A program made the position numbers and the translations under genes. 64,000 nt of DNA from a bacterium (GTDB lineage: Bacteria; UBA8248), in the NCBI GenBank assembly GCA_965213685.1, contig CBDBZY010000044.1, forward strand, positions 128,001 to 192,000, read 5' to 3'. A model generated the notes under the pieces. It saw nothing but the letters and a program-made list of their open reading frames with translations. It was not told the DNA's origin and searched no databases. This document shows positions 47,317-56,792 of the stretch, piece by piece; within the stretch, counting starts at the first letter, position 1; each line of letters opens with the position of its first letter.

Positions 47317-48753
47317 TTATCCATACAGATATGGAAGTTGCGGGCGTTTGCCGGACAGCATGTCATCGAGCGTCAGGATTTGTATTCTTGGAAAAGGTTG
47401 AATGCCGAATATCTCCGCTTTTCGTATTTTGGGAGAGTAAATCCCCGATGTGTTGGCGAATTCCATCATAGGCTTCGTTGGTGGTTGTCGCGTGATGAAA
47501 ACTCCCGCGACCCGCTTCTCATTCAATAATGCTTTCAGTTCTCTGACCTGCTTCACGTCGACTTTTCCGCTTTTCACCGACAGGATAGCCTGTTTTCTTT
47601 CATTGCCGTCTCCGGTGCGCAGGGGAATGCGCCCGTCAATCCCGCCATCCGCCCCCAGCACGTTGTTCGGAAGCCCGCCGACAATGGCGACGCAGAACTT
47701 CTCAAACTCCTTTCGGGCATAAAACGGAGAGGCCTTGTTCAGCATGGTCTCCTCTACAGCCTCTTTTGTTTTCGGAACCCCTCTGATGTCGATTTGATTC
47801 CGGATATCAACCCGATTTCGCCGGAATCGTTCTTGAATGGCCCCGATGGAGGCGTATGTAATGTCGATACCGATCCATTGCCGCCCCGCGTTCTCCGCCG
47901 CCTCAACGGTGGTTCCACATCCGCAGAACGGATCGAGGACGATATCGCCAGGATTGGAGGATGCCTTGATGATGCGGTTCAGGAGCGCCAAAGGCTTTTG
48001 GGTGGGATAACCTAGCCGTTCTTTGGAGATTGGGGCGAGGATCTTTTATATCCCATACATCACGCATGGGCGCTCCAGGAGATTCCTTGTTCGTTTGACT
48101 TGGTTTCCTCCGGCCAGAGGAAAAGTCCGCGACTTGTTGCTTTGTCCCCCATGTTTCCTGCGTTGATTTTGCTAGTGGTTCATATAGTTGATTCCAAGTT
48201 ACGTGATCACTTTTTGTATAGCGTAAAATCACATCGTGCATTCTCTGAAAATTTTTTTGTTTTGCGGGCCAACGCCGATAGGCCCACACAATCTCGTTCC
48301 TGAAATTCTCGCGTCCAAAAATCCCGTCCAGTAGAATTTTGAGATAGTGAGAAGCAGTTGGGTCGCAATGGAGATAAAGGCTGCCGGTTGGTTTTAGTAT
48401 GCGATGCAGTTCGAGGAGCCTCGCCGCCATGTTGACGAGATAGGCCGACATCTGCACCTTGCCCAGCCCGTCCACGAGCGCGCGCAGGATTTGGCCCGCT
48501 TGCCCGCTTGCCCGCTTGCCCGCTTGCCCGCTTGCCGATCAACTTGCTCTAGCAGTGTATCACAATTCGGGGTCCAGGCCCATGTATCCTCGAACGCCGT
48601 TACTTGGCCCAAGTCGTCCTTGTAAATAATGTTGTATGCCCGATTTGAATTGAAGGGCGGGTCCAGATAAATTAAATCCACCCACTCATCCGCCATGTCT
48701 CGTAAAATTGGCAGGTTATCTCCATAATACAGTCGGCGAATGCGTTGGACCAT
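47317..48753 (-). pseudogene. beta-class DNA methyltransferase/Mrr-like fusion interrupted by two frameshifts
   Basis: Three consecutive ORFs: LYYGDNL/YLDPPF, then LHCDPTASH/FRNEIVW, then [20 protein letters not shown]. Shifts at the 8-bp repeat (48494-48533) and an A4 run (48044-48047). Visibly lower GC than flanks. Confidence 0.88.
48494..48533. repeat. Tandem octanucleotide repeat (GCCCGCTT)5
   Basis: Five perfect copies plus partial GCC, inside the methyltransferase gene. Confidence 0.95.
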
Positions 48754-48776
48754 TTTTACTATATCCTTTCAGGGCC

Positions 48777-50456
48777 TCAATTCTCCAAGCGCTCATACTC
48801 GACGTGGGCGTCGATCAGAAACGGCTTGCCGGAGGCGAGCGCGTCGCGCACCGCGGCTTTCAGCTCCCCCGGCGTTTTCGCCCGCGCGGCGTCCACGCCC
48901 ATGGAGTGCGCCATCTGGAGGAAGTCGAGTTCCGGCGCCCGGAAATCCATGGCGACGAATTTTCTGTGCTCCTGCGTCTTGCCGTCGAGCCGGAGAATTC
49001 TCTCCTTGAGAATCCGGTAGCTTTTGTTGTTGAGAATGACGAACAGGGCGCCCAAGCCGTATTTCGCGGCGCTCCAGAGCGCCTGCACCGCGTACATGGC
49101 GGAGCCGTCTCCTGACAGGCAGACCACGGGCGTCTCCGGCAGCGCCTTCTTCACCCCCAGGGCGCTGGGAAGGCCCAGGCCGATGCCGCCTCCCTTCATG
49201 CCGTAGATGGCGCTCACCTTGCCGGCGATGGCGCGCTTGAGGCCTCCCCCGTGCCCCATGGTGAGGGATTCGTCCACGAGCGCCGCCCCTTCGGGCAGGG
49301 CGTCTCCGAATGCGGCCTGGAAGGTCTCTTTCGTCAAGGCGCCCGCGTCATCGCCGGCTCGGGGGGCGGCCGCCTCCCGCGCGGCGACGATTTCCCTCTC
49401 CAGCCGCGCCCGCCGCTCCTGTGCGCCGCGCCTCCCCGATTCGCCCTGTTTCTCCTCCACCGCCGCGATGAGCGCCGCGAGCGTGGTCCCGGGGTCTCCC
49501 AGCATGGCGACGTCGACGGGGAAGTTTTTGCCGATCTCCCAGGGGTCGAGGTCCAGGTGAATCGTTCGGGCGCCTCTGGGGGCCAGCGGAATTTCCGGGG
49601 GGAAGGAGAAGGTGTAGGTTTCCGTGCCGATGAAGAAGACGACGTCCGCCTCTTCGAGCTGATCCAGGAGCGGTTCGACCGTGTTGGGGAGTTCTCCCGC
49701 ATACAGGGGATGGGTGAGGGAGACCGAGAGGGAGTTCGGGCGGTTGTCCGAAAATGTCTTGGCGCCGATGCGCTCCGCCAGCCGCGCGACTTCGGCCACG
49801 GCGCCCGAGCGGGTGACGCGCGAGCCGGTGACGATGTGCGGTTTCCTGGCGCAGGCGAGCAGGTCCGCCGCGCGCCGGATGGATTCCGCAGGCGCGGGGA
49901 AGGCGCTGGAGAGGCGCGTGGGGCGGCCCGTGGGCGCCGGGGCGTCGGCGAGCATGACGTCGCCGGGCAGCGAGAGGAACACCGGGCCGGTGGGCGGGGA
50001 GAGCGCGTACTTGATGGCGCGGCGGACGCTTTGCTCCAGATCCTCCACCCGCCGCACCTCGTAGGACCACTTGGTGAGGGGCTCCGCCATCCGGGGCAAA
50101 TCGTCCCAGAGCACGGGTTCGGAGAGTTGTCCGCGCTGCCCCTGGTTGCCCGCCGTGACGAGGAGGGGGGTGCCGGCGCGCTTGATGTTGTAGAGCATCC
50201 CCATGGCGTTGCCGAGGCCCGGCGCGACGTGCAGGTTCACGGCCCCCACGCCGCCCGTGGCGTAGGCGTAGCCCTCGGCCGCCCCGATGGTGACGGACTC
50301 CTGGAGGCAGAGGACGTAGTCGAGTCTGCTCTCGTTCACCAGAGCGTCCATCAGGGGCAGCTCGGTGGTGCCCGGGTTGCCGAACATGCAGCCGACGCCC
50401 TCGTCCACGAGCGTTTCCAGAAACAGGTCCGAGCCGTTGCCGCTGCCGCTGTTCAT
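48777..50456 (-). CDS. Thiamine-diphosphate enzyme, benzoylformate decarboxylase-like
   Basis: FGNPGTTELP, LQE, NLHVAPGLGN, GDGSAMY...ILNN. Confidence 0.9.
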   Translation of the reverse strand: MNSGSGNGSDLFLETLVDEGVGCMFGNPGTTELPLMDALVNESRLDYVLCLQESVTIGAAEGYAYATGGVGAVNLHVAPGLGNAMGMLYNIKRAGTPLLVTAGNQGQRGQLSEPVLWDDLPRMAEPLTKWSYEVRRVEDLEQSVRRAIKYALSPPTGPVFLSLPGDVMLADAPAPTGRPTRLSSAFPAPAESIRRAADLLACARKPHIVTGSRVTRSGAVAEVARLAERIGAKTFSDNRPNSLSVSLTHPLYAGELPNTVEPLLDQLEEADVVFFIGTETYTFSFPPEIPLAPRGARTIHLDLDPWEIGKNFPVDVAMLGDPGTTLAALIAAVEEKQGESGRRGAQERRARLEREIVAAREAAAPRAGDDAGALTKETFQAAFGDALPEGAALVDESLTMGHGGGLKRAIAGKVSAIYGMKGGGIGLGLPSALGVKKALPETPVVCLSGDGSAMYAVQALWSAAKYGLGALFVILNNKSYRILKERILRLDGKTQEHRKFVAMDFRAPELDFLQMAHSMGVDAARAKTPGELKAAVRDALASGKPFLIDAHVEYERLEN

Positions 50457-50500
50457 GCGCTCTCCTTCCCGACAAATCTCAAGCCTGGGGGTTCCCAAGC

Positions 50501-51676
50501 CTAGAATATGGATGTTTTTTCATTTTGACTCAAAACGGCGTTGGACGCCATTTGCAGGCACTTCTCCGCCCCGGGCGGCATCACCAGCGCGGCGCGCGCG
50601 TCGCGGTGGAAGCGCTGCAGCGGCTTGTCGTGGAGCAGGCCAGGGCCGCCCGCGATTTTGAGGGCCTTCTCCGTCATGGCCGCCGCCGCTTCCGAGGCGG
50701 TGTATTTCGCCTCGTTGATGAAGGGGACGGCCGCCTCCGCCCCCTGGTCCTCCAGTATCCAGGCGGCTTTCTGGATCGTGATGCGCGCGGTTTCGAGGGC
50801 GATTTTCATCTCTCCTATCTGGCGCTGTATGGCGGGATAGCGCGCGATGGGCGCGCCGTCGGGCTGCAGGACGCGCGTCCGCGCGTAGTCCACGACCCAG
50901 TCCATCGCGGCGGCGCCCGTGCCCAGATACACCGCGGCGTATCCGAGGCCGAACCTCGGCACGAAATCGGGCTGCAGGATGTCCTCGCCCCGGCCCACGA
51001 TGTTGCGCGCCGGAACCCGCACGTCCTCGTACGCCATCGCGTGGCTGGCCGTGCCGCGCATGGCGAAGGCGTTCCACCGGCTCGGGATGGTGATGCCCTC
51101 GAGGTTTTTGTCCACCACCGCCCAGCGCAGGCCGGACTTCAGATCCTCCGTCCCCTCGAGCAGGCACCAGACGACGTAATGGTCCGCCTCTCCGGCCATG
51201 GAGCAGAAATACTTTTGGCCGCGGAGGACGTATGCGTCCGCCTCCTTGCGGGCGCGCGTGGTGATGGTGCGGTTCCATTGGGGGCTGGAGCTCGCCTCGC
51301 CCGCGTGGCTGCCGAATATGGCGCCGCCTTGGGCCGCGCCGGCGAAGCGCTTTTTTTGCTCTTCATCCGAGAGGGCGAGGAGAAAGTACAGAATCGTGCT
51401 GTGCATGTGCAGCGTCATGGCGGTGTTCGCGCACCCCTTGCCCAGCTCGTGAAACACCATGGCGTAGCAGACGGGGTCGCTCCAGAGCGCCCGCCCGCCG
51501 TGGGATTCGGGCAGCGTGAGGCGCGTGAAGCCCTCCCCCGTGAGTGCGTCGAAACTCTCGCGCGGGAAGCGCTCCTCCCGGTCGTATTGATCCGCGCGCG
51601 GTGCCAGCACCTCCCGGGCGAGTTTTCGGGCGCGCGCGATCAGCGCCTCGTTTTTCGGAGGAATGCGAAGGTCCAT
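50501..51676 (-). CDS. Acyl-CoA dehydrogenase-fold flavoprotein
   Basis: LRGQKYFCS, WNAFAMRGTASH, PLQRFHRDAR. Confidence 0.85.
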   Translation of the reverse strand: MDLRIPPKNEALIARARKLAREVLAPRADQYDREERFPRESFDALTGEGFTRLTLPESHGGRALWSDPVCYAMVFHELGKGCANTAMTLHMHSTILYFLLALSDEEQKKRFAGAAQGGAIFGSHAGEASSSPQWNRTITTRARKEADAYVLRGQKYFCSMAGEADHYVVWCLLEGTEDLKSGLRWAVVDKNLEGITIPSRWNAFAMRGTASHAMAYEDVRVPARNIVGRGEDILQPDFVPRFGLGYAAVYLGTGAAAMDWVVDYARTRVLQPDGAPIARYPAIQRQIGEMKIALETARITIQKAAWILEDQGAEAAVPFINEAKYTASEAAAAMTEKALKIAGGPGLLHDKPLQRFHRDARAALVMPPGAEKCLQMASNAVLSQNEKTSIF

Positions 51677-51716
51677 GAATTCCCGTTCAGGCTCCTGAAA
51701 CCGGAGGGACGCCGCC

Positions 51717-53291
51717 CTACGCTTTTTCGCTCAGCAGGCGGCGCAGGATTTTTCCGCTGCCTGATTTTGGAATGGAGTCGATGAGAGCCACCGCGCGGAT
51801 ATGCTTGTAGCCCGCGACCTTGTCGTTCACGAAACCCATCAGCGCCCTCTCGTCAATCCGGGCGCCCTCTCTGGGAACCACGAAGGCCAGGGGTATCTCG
51901 CCGGCCTCGGCGTCCGCCCGGGGGACGACGGCGGCGTCGGCGACGTCCGGGTGCTGGTGCAGGTGCGCCTCCAGCTCGGCGGGCGCCACGGCGAAACCCT
52001 TGTATTTGATCATCTCCTTTTTCCTGTCCATCAGATAGAGGTAGCCCTGCTCGTCCACCCGCCCGATGTCGCCCGTATGGAGCCAGCCGTCGCGGAGGGC
52101 CTCCGCCGTGGCCTCGGGCGCGTTCCAGTAGCCTTTCATGATGTGGGGGCCTCTCAGGATGAGCTCGCCCGCCTCGCCCACGGGCATCTCCCTCTCCCCC
52201 GTTTCCACGTCGACGATCCGTTGCGCCTCATCGGAGACGGGAGGGCCCACGGATTCCTCCCGGATGAGCGCCTCGGCGGGGGGATTCATGTGCGTGAGCG
52301 GCGAGGCCTCGGTGAGGCCGTAGCCCATGAAGGTGAGCACGCCCGTTCTCTGCTGAACGACGCGCCGCACCTCGGACGGAAGGGGCGCCGCCCCGCTCAT
52401 GATGTATCGCAGGGAGGATAGGTCGTATGCGCTGGCGCTCTCATGGTGCGCGATGGCGAGAAGCGCGGGCGGCACGGCATAGAACAGGGTGAGCCTGTGC
52501 TCCTGCACGAGGCGCAAGGCGTCATCCACCGCGAATCGCCTCATCAGCACCTGGGTCGCGCCGGCCAGAACCAGCCCCCCCATGATCATGGTCCCGTAGA
52601 TGTGATACAGCGGCAGAAACAGGAGGCCCGAATCCCTGTCCGTGATGTGATGATTCGCCACGAACTGGTGGTAGTTCGCCACCAGGTTTCTGTGGGTGAG
52701 CATCACGCCCTTGGGCATGCCCGTGGTGCCGCTGGAATAGGGCAGGGCGATGACCTCGCGGGCGAAGTCCATTTGCGGCTCCGGGACGCCCTCCGGCGGA
52801 TGCGCGCCGAGCCACCTCGGGAAATATGGGTGCTCTCCCGCCCCGTCATCGGTCACGACGATGGTCTGGAGTGCGGGGAGGTCCCCCCGCACCCTCTCCG
52901 CGAGGGCGGCGCCCTCCGCCGTGGTTATCAGCATCCGCGCGCCGGAGTCGCCGAGCTGGTGGCGGACCTCGGCTTCCTTGTGCGAGGGGTTCATCGGCGT
53001 GAAGACGACGCCCGCCTTCGATGCGCCAAAGGCTGCGATTTCGAATGCGGCCGAGTTGGGGAGGTACATGCCGACCCGATCCCCCCTCCGCAGCCCCTCC
53101 GCCAGGATGGCGCGGGCGCAGGCGTTCGAGAGCGCGTCGAGTTCCCGGAAACTCATGCGGACGTCGCCGTCCACCAGGGCGATGGCGTCCGGGCGGCGCG
53201 CGCACGCGATTTTCAGCAGCCCGTGAAACGCGCAGTCGGGATACTCCAGCGGGGGCCGAAAATAAGGGGGGAGATGGACGCTTTGGCGCAT
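51717..53291 (-). CDS. AMP-forming acyl/aryl-CoA ligase
   Basis: YSSGTTGMPKG, GYGLTE, LHTGD, DRKKEMIK, PKSGSGKILR. Confidence 0.92.
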   Translation of the reverse strand: MRQSVHLPPYFRPPLEYPDCAFHGLLKIACARRPDAIALVDGDVRMSFRELDALSNACARAILAEGLRRGDRVGMYLPNSAAFEIAAFGASKAGVVFTPMNPSHKEAEVRHQLGDSGARMLITTAEGAALAERVRGDLPALQTIVVTDDGAGEHPYFPRWLGAHPPEGVPEPQMDFAREVIALPYSSGTTGMPKGVMLTHRNLVANYHQFVANHHITDRDSGLLFLPLYHIYGTMIMGGLVLAGATQVLMRRFAVDDALRLVQEHRLTLFYAVPPALLAIAHHESASAYDLSSLRYIMSGAAPLPSEVRRVVQQRTGVLTFMGYGLTEASPLTHMNPPAEALIREESVGPPVSDEAQRIVDVETGEREMPVGEAGELILRGPHIMKGYWNAPEATAEALRDGWLHTGDIGRVDEQGYLYLMDRKKEMIKYKGFAVAPAELEAHLHQHPDVADAAVVPRADAEAGEIPLAFVVPREGARIDERALMGFVNDKVAGYKHIRAVALIDSIPKSGSGKILRRLLSEKA

Positions 53292-53294
53292 CGG

Positions 53295-54470
53295 CTATGA
53301 CCCCAGGACGTTGGCGCTGCCCTCCAGAACCGCCTTGGCGGTGAGCTCCAGGCATTTTTCCGTGTTGGGCGGCATGACGAGGCCCGCTCTCGCCTCGCGG
53401 TGGAAGCGCTGGAGGGGATTGTGCCGGAACAGCCCCGGTCCGCCGGCCACCTTGAGGGCCTTCTCCGTGATGAAGGCGGAGGCTTCCGCGCAAACGTATT
53501 TCGCCTCGTTGATGGCGCCGTAGGCCTTCTCCGCGCCGTGGGCGTTGATCATCCAGCCCGCCCTCTGGAGCATGAGGAGCGCCCCTTCGAGCGCGATTTT
53601 CATCTCCCCTATCTGGCGCTGTATGGCGGGGTAGGAGGCGATGGGCACGTTGTCGGGCATGAGCTTTCTGGTCTGCGCGTAGCGCACCGCCCAGTCGAAG
53701 GCGCCGCCGCCCGCGCCCAGGTAGACGGCGGAGTAGCCATAGCCGAATTTGGGCAGCACGTCCGGGCGTATCGGGTCTCCGCCCTGGCCCACCAAATCCC
53801 GCGCCGGTATTTTCACGTCCTCGTATATCATGGAGTGGCTCATCGTTCCGCGCATGGCGAAGGCGTTCCACTCCTGATCGATCCGGAAGCCGGGCGCGCT
53901 CGAGGGCGCGATGAGCAGGCCCAGGCTTTTCGTCAGGTCCTCCTCCTCCTCCAGCTGCACCCAAAGCACGTAATAGTCCGCCTCGCCGGCCATGGAGCAA
54001 AAGTATTTCCTGCCGTTGACCCTGTAGACGTCGCCCTCGCGCCGGGCCTTCGTCTCCATGCGCCATACCCCGTGAAGGCTCGAGGTGTTCTCGCTCGCGT
54101 AGCTGGCGATGATTTTCCCGCTGCGGATGATTTCGGCGTACCTGCGCGTCTGCTCGTCCGTCCCCAGATAGGTGATGACGTGCGCGATGGAGCTGTGCAT
54201 GTGAAAGAGCATGGCCGTGTTCGTGCAGCCCTTCGAGAGTTCGTAGAGCACCATCGAATAGGTGGCGGCGTCCTCATACAGGGAGCGGCCGCCCAGCTCC
54301 CTGGGGAGCGTCAGGGAGGTGAAGCCCTCCCGGGCGAGGTCGTTGAAATTTTCGCGGGGAAAGATTCCCTCCTGGTCGATTTTCTCGGCTCTCGGGGCCA
54401 GGATTTCCCTTGCGTAGGTTTTCGCGCGTTCGAGCAAATCCTCGTTTTCAGGGTTGATCCGAAAATCCAC
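53295..54470 (-). CDS. Acyl-CoA dehydrogenase-fold flavoprotein (paralog of 50501-51676)
   Basis: VNGRKYFCS, WNAFAMRGTMSH, PLQRFHREAR. Confidence 0.85.
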   Translation of the reverse strand: MDFRINPENEDLLERAKTYAREILAPRAEKIDQEGIFPRENFNDLAREGFTSLTLPRELGGRSLYEDAATYSMVLYELSKGCTNTAMLFHMHSSIAHVITYLGTDEQTRRYAEIIRSGKIIASYASENTSSLHGVWRMETKARREGDVYRVNGRKYFCSMAGEADYYVLWVQLEEEEDLTKSLGLLIAPSSAPGFRIDQEWNAFAMRGTMSHSMIYEDVKIPARDLVGQGGDPIRPDVLPKFGYGYSAVYLGAGGGAFDWAVRYAQTRKLMPDNVPIASYPAIQRQIGEMKIALEGALLMLQRAGWMINAHGAEKAYGAINEAKYVCAEASAFITEKALKVAGGPGLFRHNPLQRFHREARAGLVMPPNTEKCLELTAKAVLEGSANVLGS

Positions 54471-54503
54471 CAGCCAGTTCCCTCATGTTCATCCAGCGGA
54501 AAT

Positions 54504-55661
54504 CTACGCGCCCCCGATAGTCCAGTCCCGCCCGTCGTCGCCGTAGCCCTCCGAGCCGTCTTCGGTGACGACCACGGTGTCCTCGAGTTTCACGAAGCCC
54601 ACCTCGGGGTTCTTCAGGTCGGTCTCGATGGACAGCACCATTCCGGTTTCGAGCCCCCTGCTCTCGTAGGTGGCGGGGTAGGGCACGACGCCGGAGGACG
54701 TGAGATGCGGCGCTTCGTGCTGGATGATGCCCATGCCGTGGGCGAGGAAGACCATCGCCTCGCCGTGGTCGCACCTGGCCTGCTCGGCGAGGGCGGCTTC
54801 ATAGATTTCGCGTCCGGTGACCCCCGGGCGCACGACCGCGCGGGCGGCCGCCTGCACCGCCTGGATTTCGCCGAGCAAATCCTCCATGAGCGGCGTGGGC
54901 TCGCCCATGACGGCCATGCGACAAAGGTCGCCTAGGTATCCTTGCTTGTTGCCGCCGGAATCGAGCGAGAGGATGTTCCCCTCGTCCCATGTGGCGTTCG
55001 AGGGCGCGCGGTTGTAGCTGGGGCCCGTGCAGGTGAGGCAGTACTCGAAATCGAGCCCTTTCCGGGTTTCGATTCTTCGCATCTCCTCGGCGATTTCGTA
55101 TGTGGTGGCACCGGGAGGGGTGCTCTGCATGACGCTGAGCATACATTCGACGATCGCCTCGGAGGCTTCCCGCAACAGGGTGAGTTCATTCTCCCGCTTC
55201 ACCGCCCGCAACTCTTCGAGCATATGCACGGCGTCGACGAACCTGGCGTCCGGCAACTCTTCCTGAAGCGCCTCGTAGGTGTCCGCCGGAAGGAAGCATT
55301 TCTCCACGGCGACCGTCCCCTTCTCGTGGCCGAGCCTGCGGATGAGGTCGGCTGCGTCCTTCCCCGCCTGGTCGCTGTGCCACTGGTTGTTCCGCTTCTC
55401 TGGCACCCATACAGGTTCGACCTCCTGCTGCCAGCCCTCCATGACGTTGCCGATGTAGAACGCCTTGTCGGACGCGCCCCTCGGCAGGCCCACCATCGGC
55501 AGATAGCGGCTGACGCCGATGGCGTCCTTGTGGGCGAAGAAGAAGAATTTATAGCCGCCGAGCAGGTACTGGACGTTTTCTTTCGAGGAGGCAAGCACGA
55601 CGTCCGCACCCTCGTCCTCCATCAGGGCGTTGAGCTTCTCTTCATCAAAGGGCAAGGTCAT
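54504..55661 (-). CDS. M24 family peptidase/amidohydrolase
   Basis: LDSGG..GYLGD, AHGMG..HEAP, SIET, KLEDT metal ligands. Confidence 0.88.
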   Translation of the reverse strand: MTLPFDEEKLNALMEDEGADVVLASSKENVQYLLGGYKFFFFAHKDAIGVSRYLPMVGLPRGASDKAFYIGNVMEGWQQEVEPVWVPEKRNNQWHSDQAGKDAADLIRRLGHEKGTVAVEKCFLPADTYEALQEELPDARFVDAVHMLEELRAVKRENELTLLREASEAIVECMLSVMQSTPPGATTYEIAEEMRRIETRKGLDFEYCLTCTGPSYNRAPSNATWDEGNILSLDSGGNKQGYLGDLCRMAVMGEPTPLMEDLLGEIQAVQAAARAVVRPGVTGREIYEAALAEQARCDHGEAMVFLAHGMGIIQHEAPHLTSSGVVPYPATYESRGLETGMVLSIETDLKNPEVGFVKLEDTVVVTEDGSEGYGDDGRDWTIGGA

Positions 55662-55906
55662 GGCCGGTTCCTCTCCAATGTGGGATGCGCAAGGTGCTTT
55701 TCCGGATCGCATGTCAAGGTATCAACAAATGCCCGTCTCCCGGAGGTGGAGGAAGTATCGGAGGATGCGCTGTCCTGACGGGTGGTCGGGCAACGCTTCG
55801 TAAATGAGAAAGCGTGTCATGCGGGTCTGAAAAAAGCAAGCGCACCAGCCGCCCATGACGCCGCCGCCGTTCGCGTCCGGGCGCATGCCGCTTTCCCCCC
55901 AAGGTA

Positions 55907-56683
55907 TCAGAACTGGACGAAGCCGCCGTCCACGTTAATGGCCTGCCCGGTGATGCCGCCGGAGTCGTCGCACGCCAGGAGAAGCGCCAGCGGGGCGCAT
56001 TCTTCCGCGTCGATGAAACGCTTCATCGGCACCCTGTTTCTCAGCGCCTCCGCCTGCTCTTCAAAAGTCCTGCCCGTCTCGTCGGCCCATCTCTGGATGC
56101 TCTCCTCGAACATGGGGGTGGAGACGAAGGTGGGACAGATGCAGTTCGCCGTGATGCCGAACGGGGCGACTTCGGCGGAGAGTGCCTTGGTGAGGCCCAG
56201 GACGGCGTGTTTCGACGCCGCGTAGGCGCTCCTGTAGGCCAGTCCGATTTTGCCCGAGACGGACGCCACGTTGATGATCTTGCCGGATTTGCGCGCGAGC
56301 ATGGAGGGCAGAACCTCCCGAATCGCCGTGAACGGGGCTTTCGCGTTGATCTGCATGGTGCGCTCCCACACCTCGTCGGGAAGCGCGTGCACCGCCTCGA
56401 AGCTCACGACGCCGGCGTTGTTCACCAGGATGTCTATCGGGCCGAGGGTGCGCGCCGTTTCGCGCAGCGCATCGAGGATGTCCTGATCCCGCATGACGTC
56501 GCACCGGCAGACGAGCGCCTCCCGCCCCATCGCCCCTATCTCCCTGGCGAGCGCCTCGAGTTTGCCCGTGGAGCGGGCGGCGAGGGCGAGGTTCGCCCCC
56601 TCTGCGGCGAAGGCGCGCGCGATGGCACCACCGATGCCGCCGGATGCGCCCGTGATGAATGCGACCTTGTCTTTGAGTTTCAT
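55907..56683 (-). CDS. Short-chain dehydrogenase/reductase
   Basis: TGASGGIG, NNAG, YAASK, VDGG. Confidence 0.92.
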   Translation of the reverse strand: MKLKDKVAFITGASGGIGGAIARAFAAEGANLALAARSTGKLEALAREIGAMGREALVCRCDVMRDQDILDALRETARTLGPIDILVNNAGVVSFEAVHALPDEVWERTMQINAKAPFTAIREVLPSMLARKSGKIINVASVSGKIGLAYRSAYAASKHAVLGLTKALSAEVAPFGITANCICPTFVSTPMFEESIQRWADETGRTFEEQAEALRNRVPMKRFIDAEECAPLALLLACDDSGGITGQAINVDGGFVQF

Positions 56684-56792
56684 GCGTTCTCCCTGGTGGA
56701 TGAGATGAATGGTCGATAGCCCCCTCCCATGCGCCGCCTCTTCCGGGAGCTTGCCGGGGAGGACGCGCCCCCCGGCTTTCGGGAGCGCCTCC

